Shown here in pieces: positions 28,903 through 38,411 of a stretch of DNA of 64,000 nucleotides. Position numbers and translations under genes: made by a program. Each line of letters starts with the position of its first letter. The stretch's first letter is position 1. This DNA is from Candidatus Omnitrophota bacterium (GTDB taxonomy: Bacteria > Omnitrophota > Gorgyraeia > Zapsychrales > JAKLDJ01): NCBI GenBank assembly GCA_022703585.1, contig JAKLDJ010000002.1, forward strand, positions 283,413 to 347,412. Reading direction: 5' to 3'. The notes beneath the pieces are model-generated. The model was not told the DNA's origin. It did not search any database and saw only the letters and a list, made by a program, of their open reading frames with translations.

Positions 28903-29376
28903 ATGATCAAGATATCCACCAAAACACGCTACGCCTTACGGGCCCTTCTGGAAATGGCCTGCCGCAATGACCGGAAATTATTCCGCTTAGAAGAACTGTC
29001 CGACCATCAAAATATCTCCAGGAAATACCTGGAAAACATCTTTGCCATCCTCAAAAAGCACCATATTGTCCACAGCCGGGTCGGAAAAAACGGCGGATTT
29101 TATCTGCCCACGAATATTAAAGAAATTTCGCTTCTAAAAGTCCTTGAAGCTCTCGAGGGCAAGGTGGCTATCGTCCATTGTCTGGATTCCCGCAACGAAT
29201 GCGAAAGGGTCGCCTTTTGCCCTGCCAATGGTATCTGGAATGAACTCAACACTGCCATAAAAAATATACTTGCCGGCAAGAATTTAAAAGATTTATCGGC
29301 GAAAGAAAAAATCCGCAGAAAGTGTTCCTACGTCTTATCCCGGGCTAAACGACCCTCCGCAAGGCGCCGTCGTTAA
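28903..29376 (+). CDS. Rrf2-family transcriptional regulator (three-Cys, IscR-like Fe-S ligand pattern)
   Basis: N-terminal wHTH TRYALRALLEMA...LEELSDHQNISRKYLENIFAIL. C-terminal Cys cluster CLDSRNEC....C (C-x7-C-x7-C). Confidence 0.8.
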   Translation: MIKISTKTRYALRALLEMACRNDRKLFRLEELSDHQNISRKYLENIFAILKKHHIVHSRVGKNGGFYLPTNIKEISLLKVLEALEGKVAIVHCLDSRNECERVAFCPANGIWNELNTAIKNILAGKNLKDLSAKEKIRRKCSYVLSRAKRPSARRRR

Positions 29377-29382
29377 CTAGCC

Positions 29383-30045
29383 TCATTCGCCTCCCGGTAA
29401 ATTATCACTACCCTGCTGCGTCCGCTGTTGCATCATCCCCTGCTGGCCTTTTTGATTTCGTATCATACCCTGACGGCCAGAAACTTCTTTGGCTCCATGC
29501 GCGCGAAGCAGGGCGACGATTTCATTGTTCCCTCTGGACATGGCCATGGATAGAGGCGTGGCACCGTTATCGATTTTCGCATTCACATCCGCACCGTTCT
29601 CGATGAGGATTTTAGCAGTTTCAATATGTCCGGGTTTTCTGCCTTTGTATGCCGCAAAATGCAGCGGCGTTGACCCGTTTTTGGTCCGCGCGTTAACCGT
29701 AGCCCCGTGAGCGATTAAGATTTTTGCCGCCTCGGGCTGGGCCTGAGAAGCAGCCACATGCAAAGGTGTTCCTTGATTATCATTTCTGACGTCGACATTG
29801 ACATGATATTCATCCAGCAGCACTTTCATCGCTTTTATCTGGCCTCGGCCGACGGTCCAATGCAAAGGAGTTTTACCCATCTCATCCTTTGCATATAGAA
29901 GAGCGGGATCTTTATCTAAAAGAGATCTTAATTTGGCAATATCGCCGCTTTTGGCGGCTTCATGGATTTCACCGGCAAAAACTACGGCCGCAAAGACAAA
30001 AAATAACACCGCGAGCACAAATAAACTTCCCATTGTTCTTTTCAT
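29383..30045 (-). CDS. secreted ankyrin-repeat protein with Q/G-rich C-terminal tail
   Basis: Signal peptide. Four or more ANK repeats (GKTPLHWTV..., GTPLHVAASQAQPEAAKILIAHGATVNA, GSTPLHFAAYKG..., GATPLSMAMSRGNNEIVALL). Confidence 0.8.
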   Translation of the reverse strand: MKRTMGSLFVLAVLFFVFAAVVFAGEIHEAAKSGDIAKLRSLLDKDPALLYAKDEMGKTPLHWTVGRGQIKAMKVLLDEYHVNVDVRNDNQGTPLHVAASQAQPEAAKILIAHGATVNARTKNGSTPLHFAAYKGRKPGHIETAKILIENGADVNAKIDNGATPLSMAMSRGNNEIVALLRAHGAKEVSGRQGMIRNQKGQQGMMQQRTQQGSDNLPGGE

Positions 30046-30204
30046 AACCCATCTCCTCTCTTAACAGCTAAAATAAGATCAGGCCTTTTTAATATTGCCT
30101 GCCCGACAAATAGAGTAAACACCTATCACGTGAGAGGTATTATAATTAGGCGATTATTTTTTGTAAAGGAGTTCCGTGATGGCGGGCATATTTCGACAAT
30201 ACCC

Positions 30205-30233
30205 TTGACCGAACCTTTGTCTTTCCATACAAT
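30205..30233 (+). promoter_or_regulatory. promoter-like TTGACC-17 nt-TACAAT upstream of the SDR/epimerase gene
   Basis: Hexamers read from the sequence, 32 bp upstream of the TTG start at 30265. Confidence 0.4.
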
Positions 30234-30264
30234 ACTAACAAAACTTAAAATGACGGAGTAAAAA

Positions 30265-31014
30265 TTGAACGGGCCTCATTCCTTAATCAAGAAAGTCGGC
30301 ATTACCGGGTCGTCGGGAAATATCGGCTCAACCCTGCAAAAAGGGCTCTCGAGAAACTACGGCCTTTCCCTTTATGATATTCGGGAGGGTAAACGCCTGT
30401 GCGAAGCAAAATTTACCAAGGTCGACTGTGCGCAAAAAGATGAGCTCGACGGGATTTTTGACGGATTAGATGCGCTTATTCACTTAGCCGGTAATCCGCA
30501 TCCGGATGCCCCACGCCAGGTAACGCTCCGCAATAATTTTACCGCCACCAGCCTTGCCTTTGAAGAGGCCCGCAAGGCGGGAATAAAGAAAATAGTTTAT
30601 GCCAGCTCAAACTTTTATCACCAGGGGGCAATCGCCAAGGCCCTGCAAGAAGGCCCCCGGCAGCAGATCACCTTAGATATGCCGCCCACCCCTCTTTGCC
30701 CTTACGGCGAATCAAAGGTATTCGGAGAGAATCTCGGCCGAAAGCTATCTCAGGCGGGAATATCGTTCGTGGCCTTACGCATTGGCTGGACGGTTCCCCA
30801 GGATAGCCCGGTATTGTACGACAGCGATTATATGCGCGCGGTTTTCTGCAGCCACAGAGACCTGGTGCAGGCTTTTACCAAAGCCCTCGAAGTGGATACG
30901 GATTTTCTTGCCGCATTCGCGGTCAGCAATAACACCCACGGCGTCTTTGACCTCACCGAGACAAAAGAGAAATTAGGTTTTTCTCCCCAGGATAACGCGG
31001 AAGATTATTTTTGA
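30265..31014 (+). CDS. NAD-dependent epimerase/dehydratase-family (extended SDR) protein
   Basis: KKVGITGSSGNIGSTL glycine-rich NAD motif near the N-terminus. YxxxK-type region YGESKVFGE. TTG start called by the ORF track; the start is uncertain. Confidence 0.65.
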   Translation: MNGPHSLIKKVGITGSSGNIGSTLQKGLSRNYGLSLYDIREGKRLCEAKFTKVDCAQKDELDGIFDGLDALIHLAGNPHPDAPRQVTLRNNFTATSLAFEEARKAGIKKIVYASSNFYHQGAIAKALQEGPRQQITLDMPPTPLCPYGESKVFGENLGRKLSQAGISFVALRIGWTVPQDSPVLYDSDYMRAVFCSHRDLVQAFTKALEVDTDFLAAFAVSNNTHGVFDLTETKEKLGFSPQDNAEDYF

Positions 31015-32171
31015 GAAATAACCCAAAAGACATGAAACGTCCCCTTACCATTCTCGCCATAGCCTGTATTCTTATCGTGGGCATTTCTATTCTTGCCAAA
31101 CCGTTCATCATCGCCCTGGCAAAGAAACAGCTGGCAAATGTTTTTGTCCAAGCCCGAGTTTCAGTGGGCGATTGCGCCCTTAAACCCACGCACGGATTAA
31201 GCCTTTTCAATATCGAGATCACAAGGACAGGGGCTTACGATATCAAAATTAAAGAAGCGACTATTCGATATAACCTCTTTTCAATATTTAATGCCGCCCC
31301 CCTTACATTGTTTTTAAAAGACACCTCTGTTCGCTTGAATGCCCCGGAGAAGAGAATTCAAGAGCTGGGCAATTATCTTCATCTCGGCCAAGGCCGACCA
31401 TTGGTTAGGTCAGCAGAGATATCAAACCTGGATTTAGATTTAAACGCCTTGGATCTAACGGTCAAGGCCCATTTATCTTCGGGTTTAAATCTCACCGCAC
31501 AATCCTTAGATTATGTGGATCTTAAAATAGATAACTTCGAAATGCTTGGAGTGCAACTCGAGAACACCTCCTTAAAACTTGACCCCGGCTCCGATCAGGG
31601 AGATTTTCATATCGCTCAGTTAAAATACGACAAACTCATCGTCACCGATATTAAAGGAAAGACGAAGGTACAAAAGACAGGATTATCTCTATCTGACGTA
31701 ACCGCCAAGGCCCTGGACGGAGATATTGAAGGAAATCTGGATTTAAAAATCGGCAGAGAGCCGCAATATCTGGTAAACCTACAATGCACAGGCTTAGATA
31801 TTGAAAGGCTTGTCCGGGATTTTAAGCTCGAGGAGAAATTCAATATGACCGGCAGGTTAAGCGGAAATTTAAAACTGCAAGGCATCGGCGCGCAATTTAA
31901 AATACTGCAAGGCGGCTTTTCGACACTCGCTCCCGGCGGCACGCTCGTTATCACCGATACAAAATTCCTGGAGAATATGGCGCGCACCACCCAACAGCCT
32001 ATCGGTTTGCTGCTGGAAAGTTTTAAGAATTACCGTTATAATACTGGCCTGATGACTTTGGATTTTTCGGACAACAACATCATTCTTAAAACCGATTTGG
32101 AAGGCGAAGCAGGTAAACGCAATCTAAGCATAACCGTCCATGATTTTAAATTAAAAAAGGAGGAGCAATGA
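31011..32171 (+). CDS. AsmA-like / YdbH-like membrane-anchored periplasmic protein (short form)
   Basis: N-terminal TM anchor. Repetitive beta-rich body with an AsmA-family-like C-terminal pattern (GRLSGNLKLQG...). The operon context with a YnbE/YdbL-like lipoprotein supports the assignment. Confidence 0.45.
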   Translation: MRNNPKDMKRPLTILAIACILIVGISILAKPFIIALAKKQLANVFVQARVSVGDCALKPTHGLSLFNIEITRTGAYDIKIKEATIRYNLFSIFNAAPLTLFLKDTSVRLNAPEKRIQELGNYLHLGQGRPLVRSAEISNLDLDLNALDLTVKAHLSSGLNLTAQSLDYVDLKIDNFEMLGVQLENTSLKLDPGSDQGDFHIAQLKYDKLIVTDIKGKTKVQKTGLSLSDVTAKALDGDIEGNLDLKIGREPQYLVNLQCTGLDIERLVRDFKLEEKFNMTGRLSGNLKLQGIGAQFKILQGGFSTLAPGGTLVITDTKFLENMARTTQQPIGLLLESFKNYRYNTGLMTLDFSDNNIILKTDLEGEAGKRNLSITVHDFKLKKEEQ

Positions 32172-32734
32172 AAAGATTCTTATTGGTATTAGCGATAGCT
32201 GCATTCTCTCTTGGGTGCGCGCGGGTAAGTGTCCAAGGAACAAAAGAACCGATTAAGGTTGATATTGCCATGCGCCTGGATATCTACCAGCACGTGGAAA
32301 AAGATATCGATGCCATCGAAAACATCGTCTCGGGGTCCCAGGAAAAAAGCAAGCCTGCCGACGACCAAAGCTTCCTGGAATTTTTTGTTAATACCGCCTA
32401 CGCCCAGGAAAGCCTTAGCCCCGAAGTAGAGCAAGCCGCTTTACGACGCAAGGACCGGGTTAACGAATTGCGTACGCTTGAAGCTCAGGGCGCTATCGGC
32501 GAGAATAAAAGCGGAATGGTCGAGGCAAGAAATTCTTCCGGCGATTCTCAACTGATCGCGGCAGAAAACAGCGACCGGATGACCATCTATAAATCATTGG
32601 CCGCCAAAAACGGCACTTCCGTAGATGAAGTTGGACGGCTTTACGCCAAGCGTCTTCAGAGCGACGCCCCCGCGGGAACTCCGATTGAGATTCCGAACGG
32701 GACCACCGGGGCCTATGAGTGGAAAATAAAATAA
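32168..32734 (+). CDS. lipoprotein, apparent YnbE(DUF1375)-YdbL(DUF1318) fusion
   Basis: Lipobox LGC. N-terminus GCARVSVQGTKEPIKVDIAMRLDI resembles the YnbE signature (C...PKEPI.I.M...). C-terminus EAQGAIGENKSGMVEAR...DRMTIYKSLA resembles the DUF1318/YdbL pattern. Confidence 0.5.
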   Translation: MKRFLLVLAIAAFSLGCARVSVQGTKEPIKVDIAMRLDIYQHVEKDIDAIENIVSGSQEKSKPADDQSFLEFFVNTAYAQESLSPEVEQAALRRKDRVNELRTLEAQGAIGENKSGMVEARNSSGDSQLIAAENSDRMTIYKSLAAKNGTSVDEVGRLYAKRLQSDAPAGTPIEIPNGTTGAYEWKIK

Positions 32735-32770
32735 CGGGAAGATTATTCTTTTAAACTATTTTCGGATTTG

Positions 32771-32815
32771 AATTCCGGGTCCGCCCGCTAGCAAGTAGCG
32801 GGCGGACCCGGAATT
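32771..32815. repeat. perfect 20-bp inverted repeat AATTCCGGGTCCGCCCGCTA-gcaag-TAGCGGGCGGACCCGGAATT
   Basis: Read directly from the sequence. Lies between the ynbE/ydbL-like stop and the TMEM175-like start. No U-tract, so it may be a weak terminator or a REP-like / protein-binding palindrome. Confidence 0.6.
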
Positions 32816-32835
32816 AATAAAGAAGGAACCGATAC

Positions 32836-33435
32836 GTGTCTACGGAAAACTATATACCCAAAACCCGACTGGAGGCCTTCAGCGACGGGGTCATTGCCAT
32901 TATTATCACCATCATGGTGCTGGAGTTAAAAGTGCCGCACGGGACCGATTTCGCATCCCTGCGGCCCATTCTCCCCTCATTCTTAAGTTACATACTAAGC
33001 TTCATCGTCCTTGGCATATACTGGAATAACCACCATCATCTTTTGCACGCGGCAAAACATATTAACGGCAAAATCATGTGGGCCAATTTGCATTTGCTAT
33101 TCTGGCTATCCCTGGTACCTTTCGTCACTAACTGGCTGGGAGAGAATCATAACGAATCCTGGCCGACATTTTTATACGGAATAGTATTTCTGATGGCGGC
33201 TGTTGCTTACGTCATTCTTCAAACATTGATTGTAGAAAAGCACGGCAAAGACTCATTACTGGCTCAAGCACTAGGAAGCGATTGGAAAGGCAAGCTTTCC
33301 TTAATGAGTTACGTTTCGGCCCTCGGGCTTGCATTTATCAATCATTGGTTTTCAGTTGCATTGTATATACTGGTTGCCATCCTATGGCTCATTCCTGACC
33401 AGCGTATTGAAAAAGTGATAGAAAAGGAACGGTAG
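32836..33435 (+). CDS. TMEM175/DUF1211-family putative K+ channel
   Basis: N-terminal RLEAFSDGVIAIIITIMVLEL is the hallmark 'FSDGV' motif of helix 1. Six predicted TMs in 199 aa. Confidence 0.75.
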   Translation: MSTENYIPKTRLEAFSDGVIAIIITIMVLELKVPHGTDFASLRPILPSFLSYILSFIVLGIYWNNHHHLLHAAKHINGKIMWANLHLLFWLSLVPFVTNWLGENHNESWPTFLYGIVFLMAAVAYVILQTLIVEKHGKDSLLAQALGSDWKGKLSLMSYVSALGLAFINHWFSVALYILVAILWLIPDQRIEKVIEKER

Positions 33436-33495
33436 AAACCTTAGAATACATCCCTGCCTACCATAAACAGACAAAGAAATTACTTCTTTCTATTA

Positions 33496-35436
33496 ATGAA
33501 TAAAACTCCCTTCAAAACAATCTTGTTAACCGCAGGGATTCTTTTGTGCAGCTGCCTTGCGGCATGCGCCGAAGAATCAACCGTTTCTTTTGAGCAGAAA
33601 TACAGCGATAAAGACGCTATTTTCTTGCTGAATAATCTTTCTCTTACGCTTAACGAAGACGGATCCTACGTGACCAAAGTTCACAAACGCCTGAGGATAC
33701 TCAAAGAAGAAGCAAAAAGCTTAGGCGAGATCCCCTTACCCTACAAAAACGGAAAAGATGTTATTGAAATCATTTCCGCTTTCACCGTAACCCCCGACGG
33801 AAAAAAGCACCCCTACTCTGAAATCCAAGATTTTAAGATTTACCGAGACTTCCCCATGTATTCGGATGCCATGGTAAAAGTGATCACCATGCCCGAGGTC
33901 AACATCGGCTCCGTTATAGAGTTTGAAATTGTCATCGCCTCTAGTGGGATGCCAATCAAAGGTGCCTGGTGGGATTCGGTCAATTTGGATTTTCCCCGTC
34001 CCTGCAAAGAAGTCAATACAACGATTACTCTGCCTAGAAAGTTTAATGTTGCCTATAAAGAATTTGGCCTCAGCCATAAACCGGAAATAACCGAAACACC
34101 CGAGACTATAACCTATTCCTGGAAGTTAACCGACGTTACCCCCATCGAGAAACCGGAAGAATACCTGCCGCCGCCGACTCCGGATTCTTTTACCAACATC
34201 GTTGAGTTCTCTTCCATTAAAAGCTGGGAGGATATCTCCGGCTGGTACTACGGCCTGGTCGAGAAAAACTTAAAGATCACAAAAGAAATTGAGGAGACAG
34301 CAAAGGCCGTCTGCCAGGGAAAGGAAACACTGAAAGATAAAACCAGGGCAATCCTGGAATACATCCAGGATAACTTCCGGTATGTCTCGATGTCGTTTGG
34401 GGAGAATTCTCTTGAGCCGCATCCGACGGATGATGTTTTCCGCAATAAATACGGCGACTGCAAGGACCTTTCGCTTTTGACAATGGCCATGCTTAAAAGT
34501 GCAGGCATCCATTCCTACGTAGCCCTTTTTAACAATGAATTCGCGATTAGTGATCCCCAATTTGATCTGCCGTTTCCTTATCTATTTGACCACGTGATCC
34601 TTTTAGTCGAAGATAAGGCAAACGGCGATTTTTATATTGATCCGTTATTGGACGGTTACGATATCGGAGAATTCCCCCCTTCCCATCAAGGCGCGTATAC
34701 TTTTATAATTAACGAACAGGGTGGAAAATTTGACAAACTCCCGATATTCGATGAAAAAAGAAATTCAACCAGGACGGCTAGAAAGATCGAGCTGAATGCC
34801 GACGGCTCCGCGCTCTATGATGTCGAATACACCTGGGAACTAAGCTCTTCCATCGAGATGCGTGACGCCATGAAGGCCATGGACAAAGAGGCAGAAACCA
34901 AATTTTATCAGTCGCTGGACGCGTCCCTTATTTCCGGCGGGGAAATGATCACTCGCCACATTGAAGGAATTGATAAAAAATACGGCCTGGTTAAAGGGTA
35001 CGCCAAATATCGAAAGAAAGGCGCATTTCCATTAGATGGCCCCATGATGGTTATCGATATCGAAGGCTACGACCGGGATGTGGATTTCACCCAAAAGGAA
35101 CGCAAGAAACCCCTTTTCTTTCCGAGCAATTCGCTTGCCGAAGACATCACAACCTACAAAATTCCCAAAGGGTTTATCGTATCGCATCTACCGAATGATA
35201 TTCATTTGAATGCGGGATTCTTTGAGATAAAAAGAGAATACGTACGCGCTAACGATACGATTGCCGTTATTGAGACGACTCGATATAAACGAGCGCAATA
35301 TCCCAAAGAAGAGTACGGGAAATTTAAAGATTTTTTTGATGCGTTGCCTAGTCAAACCCGGCAGAGAATCATCTTAAAAAAAACGAGATCCTGGAAAAAG
35401 AAGATCAGCGATATCATAGCGATTATCAAGGAATAA
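33496..35436 (+). CDS. DUF3857 + transglutaminase-like cysteine-protease-fold lipoprotein
   Basis: Lipobox LLCSCLAAC. Transglutaminase core YGDCKDLSLLTMAMLKSAGI, with downstream His/Asp (FDHVILLVE...DPL). Confidence 0.7.
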   Translation: MNKTPFKTILLTAGILLCSCLAACAEESTVSFEQKYSDKDAIFLLNNLSLTLNEDGSYVTKVHKRLRILKEEAKSLGEIPLPYKNGKDVIEIISAFTVTPDGKKHPYSEIQDFKIYRDFPMYSDAMVKVITMPEVNIGSVIEFEIVIASSGMPIKGAWWDSVNLDFPRPCKEVNTTITLPRKFNVAYKEFGLSHKPEITETPETITYSWKLTDVTPIEKPEEYLPPPTPDSFTNIVEFSSIKSWEDISGWYYGLVEKNLKITKEIEETAKAVCQGKETLKDKTRAILEYIQDNFRYVSMSFGENSLEPHPTDDVFRNKYGDCKDLSLLTMAMLKSAGIHSYVALFNNEFAISDPQFDLPFPYLFDHVILLVEDKANGDFYIDPLLDGYDIGEFPPSHQGAYTFIINEQGGKFDKLPIFDEKRNSTRTARKIELNADGSALYDVEYTWELSSSIEMRDAMKAMDKEAETKFYQSLDASLISGGEMITRHIEGIDKKYGLVKGYAKYRKKGAFPLDGPMMVIDIEGYDRDVDFTQKERKKPLFFPSNSLAEDITTYKIPKGFIVSHLPNDIHLNAGFFEIKREYVRANDTIAVIETTRYKRAQYPKEEYGKFKDFFDALPSQTRQRIILKKTRSWKKKISDIIAIIKE

Positions 35437-35457
35437 AAAAATAAGACATAAAAAGAA

Positions 35458-36558
35458 TTGATGAATAAGAAACTAATTACTTTTCTATCTTTGATCCTAC
35501 TTTTAATTCTCTGCGGCAGAACACAGACACAAGGAGCGGCTATGGTTAATAAAGACAAGGCTGATAAGAAAGATCCTGCGCCCATCATATGCGACCTTCC
35601 TTTAAGCGATGCCCAGTTAAGAAAAATGCTCACCCCCGAGCAGTACCGCATCACCCGCGAAAACGGCACCGAAGCACCCTTTACCAACCCCTACTGGAAG
35701 AATAAAAAAGAAGGAATTTACGTCGATGTCATTACCGGCGAACCTCTTTTTAGCTCGACGGAAAAATTTGATTCCGATAGCGGCTGGCCAAGCTTTACCG
35801 CGCCCATTGATAAAGGAGTTGTCACCGAAAAGACGGATAAGAGCCTGGGGATGGAGCGCACCGAGGTGCGCGCCCAAAAGAGTGATTCGCACCTGGGCCA
35901 TGTCTTTGACGACGGGCCGAAACCCACGAGAAAGCGTTTCTGCATCAACTCGGCAGCCCTGCGCTTTATTCCGGCTGAAGATATGGAAAAAGAGGGTTAC
36001 GGAAAATATCTTTATCTGCTTAAAAAAGATGCGCAGAAAAAGAGTCCGGTCGCCGTGAAAGCATTAAAAACCGAAACAGCCATCTTTGGCGCAGGATGCT
36101 TCTGGGGCGTTGAAGCCATATTTCGCCAGGTTAAGGGAGTCGTTAATGTCACCGCCGGCTATACGGGCGGGACATTAAAGAATCCTACCTACGAAGATGT
36201 TTGTACGGATAAAACCGGACATGCCGAAGCAGTCCTTGTCGAATATGATCCGGGCCAGGTTTCTTATCCGGAACTTCTCGATGTCTTCTGGAATAGCCAC
36301 GAACCGACCACCCCCAACCGCCAGGGAGTAGACACGGGAACTCAATACCGCTCAGTTATTTTTTATTATACGCCACAACAAAAATCCGAGGCACTAGCGT
36401 CAAAGAAAGAATTAGAGAAATCGGGAGAATTTAAGAATCCCGTCGTAACCGAAATTGTGCCTGCGCAAGAATTTTACCGGGCCGAAGAATACCATCAGAG
36501 TTATTACGAAAAACACGGCATAACCACACCCGTGTGCCATATCCCGAGAAAAAAGTAA
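35458..36558 (+). CDS. msrAB: exported bifunctional peptide-methionine sulfoxide reductase MsrB-MsrA
   Basis: Signal peptide. MsrB: [28 protein letters not shown]...[10 protein letters not shown]...RFCINSAAL. MsrA: [21 protein letters not shown]...GYTGG...YHQ. Confidence 0.9.
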   Translation: MMNKKLITFLSLILLLILCGRTQTQGAAMVNKDKADKKDPAPIICDLPLSDAQLRKMLTPEQYRITRENGTEAPFTNPYWKNKKEGIYVDVITGEPLFSSTEKFDSDSGWPSFTAPIDKGVVTEKTDKSLGMERTEVRAQKSDSHLGHVFDDGPKPTRKRFCINSAALRFIPAEDMEKEGYGKYLYLLKKDAQKKSPVAVKALKTETAIFGAGCFWGVEAIFRQVKGVVNVTAGYTGGTLKNPTYEDVCTDKTGHAEAVLVEYDPGQVSYPELLDVFWNSHEPTTPNRQGVDTGTQYRSVIFYYTPQQKSEALASKKELEKSGEFKNPVVTEIVPAQEFYRAEEYHQSYYEKHGITTPVCHIPRKK

Positions 36559-36677
36559 TTGCCAACCCCGCATTTACAGTGGGAAAGCACTGCCAAATAT
36601 GCGATAATAGCAAAAAGATAATCGGGATTTAAGGCGAAACTTTTCCGAAAATAAAAAATCACAAAACGGAGGATTAT

Positions 36678-36995
36678 ATGCCGCGATTAAAGATAGGCGT
36701 TTTGATAGTGCTGTTCTTTTTCCCGGCAATGATTGTCTGTGCCCAGAATATTAATGTTCAAAACATCCCCGAGGGGATGGAAGTTATTGAAATTAACGGC
36801 AGTGGCCAAATCATCGTCCCTAAGGGCGCAAAGACAAGAAAGATCGGCGCCCAGATCTTTGTGGAGGGCACCAAGGAATATATGTCCCGAAGGTTTGAGG
36901 AAATAGACGAGCGGCTTGCCAATATAGAGAAAACTCTGGAAAACCTTCAGAAAGAAATTGAATCCCTTAAAACACCTCAAGCCAGAAATAGATAA
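36678..36995 (+). CDS. small secreted protein with C-terminal coiled-coil (hypothetical)
   Basis: Signal-like IGVLIVLFFFPAMIVCAQN. C-terminal EEIDERLANIEKTLENLQKEIESLK heptad pattern. Confidence 0.4.
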   Translation: MPRLKIGVLIVLFFFPAMIVCAQNINVQNIPEGMEVIEINGSGQIIVPKGAKTRKIGAQIFVEGTKEYMSRRFEEIDERLANIEKTLENLQKEIESLKTPQARNR

Positions 36996-36998
36996 AAT

Positions 36999-37463
36999 AT
37001 GCTTACCGAGAAGATAAAAAAGTTGCTGATGGCCCGGGAATTCGTCTATGTCGCCACCGCGAATCCAGACGGAAAACCGAATGCAGCCCCAAAATTTCTA
37101 GTCAAGGTCGAACAAAATTTTATATACCTGATTGATTATGTTTCGGGAAAAACCTGGGAGAATATTAAAGTAAATCCCCGGGCATCGATTTCTTTTATCG
37201 ACAATGAAACCCTGACAGGTTATCAGGTCAACGGCCCCGTTGACTTGATCTCATCCGGCCCCGAGTTTAATGAAATCATAGACGAAGTCCAGGAAAAACA
37301 GTTATCCCTGACCGTTGAGCGCATCGTCAAGGGTGTTCAACGAGGCAAAAAACACAGCAATTTTGAAGTCGCCCTGCCGGAAAATGGCGTCGTCTTGAAA
37401 ATGAAAATGGAAGAAATAGTCGAAATAAGCCCAACGGGAAAACTCCAGCGGGAAAAAACCTAA
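36999..37463 (+). CDS. pyridoxamine-5'-phosphate-oxidase-like FMN-binding split-barrel protein
   Basis: EFVYVATANPDGKPNAAPKFLV....IYLIDY pattern typical of the PNPOx/general-stress-protein-26 fold. Confidence 0.6.
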   Translation: MLTEKIKKLLMAREFVYVATANPDGKPNAAPKFLVKVEQNFIYLIDYVSGKTWENIKVNPRASISFIDNETLTGYQVNGPVDLISSGPEFNEIIDEVQEKQLSLTVERIVKGVQRGKKHSNFEVALPENGVVLKMKMEEIVEISPTGKLQREKT

Positions 37464-37495
37464 ACCATTAACAAAATCCAAAAAAGGAGGATGGA

Positions 37496-37840
37496 ATGAA
37501 AAGAACATCGGTTGTTTTACTCGGCATCATTTTAATGGTTAATCTCAGTATCTTAGGCTGCACCAAAAAGGCTGCTTCTTCGCAGGAAGCCATTGCGGCT
37601 ACGCAGACCATGAAAACCGTTGACGAAAAAGTCAACTATCTGGTCGGCCAGGCGAACGCGTTCATTAACAGCAAAGAGTTTGACCAGGCTATTCAAACAG
37701 CCCAGTATATCCTAAGCAACCTCGATAAGAATTCAACCGCCGCACAGGGTATTATTGAAAAGGCAAAGGCTGAGTTGACCAAGGCCGCCCAAAGCGCCAT
37801 GCAGGACGTTAAGAGCAAATTGGGCAGCTTCGGAAAGTAA
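37496..37840 (+). CDS. small lipoprotein (hypothetical)
   Basis: AAAAGGAGGA RBS. Signal + lipobox ILGC. Helical A/Q/K-rich body. Confidence 0.45.
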   Translation: MKRTSVVLLGIILMVNLSILGCTKKAASSQEAIAATQTMKTVDEKVNYLVGQANAFINSKEFDQAIQTAQYILSNLDKNSTAAQGIIEKAKAELTKAAQSAMQDVKSKLGSFGK

Positions 37841-37897
37841 CGGGCCGGCCGCTGAACCAAACACAGCGGCCAATTTGATAAAAAGGGGGTGAATCAG

Positions 37898-38299
37898 ATG
37901 TCCATAGTAAAAGAATTTAAAGAATTCGCCATGCGAGGGAATGTCGTGGATATGGCCGTCGGTATTATTATCGGAGCCGCGTTCGGGAAAATCGTAAGCT
38001 CCCTCGTAACTGACGTGATCATGCCTCCTATCGGTTTTTTGATGGGCGGAGTTGATTTCAGCAATCTAGTCATAACTCTAAAACAGGCGACGGTTGATAA
38101 ACCGGCAGTCACCATAGGATACGGCCTTTTTATCAACACCCTAATCAACTTCCTTATTGTCGCTTTTGCCATTTTTATGCTGATCAAGGGAATCAACATC
38201 TTGAAGAAGAAAGAAGTAGCGAAACCACCGGAACCCACACGGCCGACACAACAAGAATTACTGTTGGCTGAAATTAGGGACCTGCTTCAGAAAAAATAA
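37898..38299 (+). CDS. mscL: large-conductance mechanosensitive channel MscL
   Basis: [45 protein letters not shown] is the near-universal MscL N-terminus. AAGGGGGTG RBS 10 nt upstream of the ATG at 37898, rather than the ORF-track GTG at 37889. Confidence 0.85.
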   Translation: MSIVKEFKEFAMRGNVVDMAVGIIIGAAFGKIVSSLVTDVIMPPIGFLMGGVDFSNLVITLKQATVDKPAVTIGYGLFINTLINFLIVAFAIFMLIKGINILKKKEVAKPPEPTRPTQQELLLAEIRDLLQKK

Positions 38300-38315
38300 T
38301 TAAGTGCGATAGCCA

Positions 38316-38359
38316 GAAAAAGCGCCCCGCCGATTTATGAATCGGCGGGGCGCTTTTTT
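38316..38359. terminator. rho-independent terminator (bidirectional architecture)
   Basis: AAAAA-GCGCCCCGCCGAT-ttatgaa-TCGGCGGGGCGC-TTTTTT immediately after the mscL stop. Confidence 0.8.
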
Positions 38360-38411
38360 ATAGCATCTCAACTTCTTGCATTATTCCTGATAGCTTGATA
38401 TTATAAAAAAG

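Noticed and set aside
30265-31014. Considered a sugar-nucleotide epimerase role linked to the downstream AsmA-like gene
   Set aside because: Only the generic extended-SDR motifs are visible. Substrate assignment from sequence alone is not justified.
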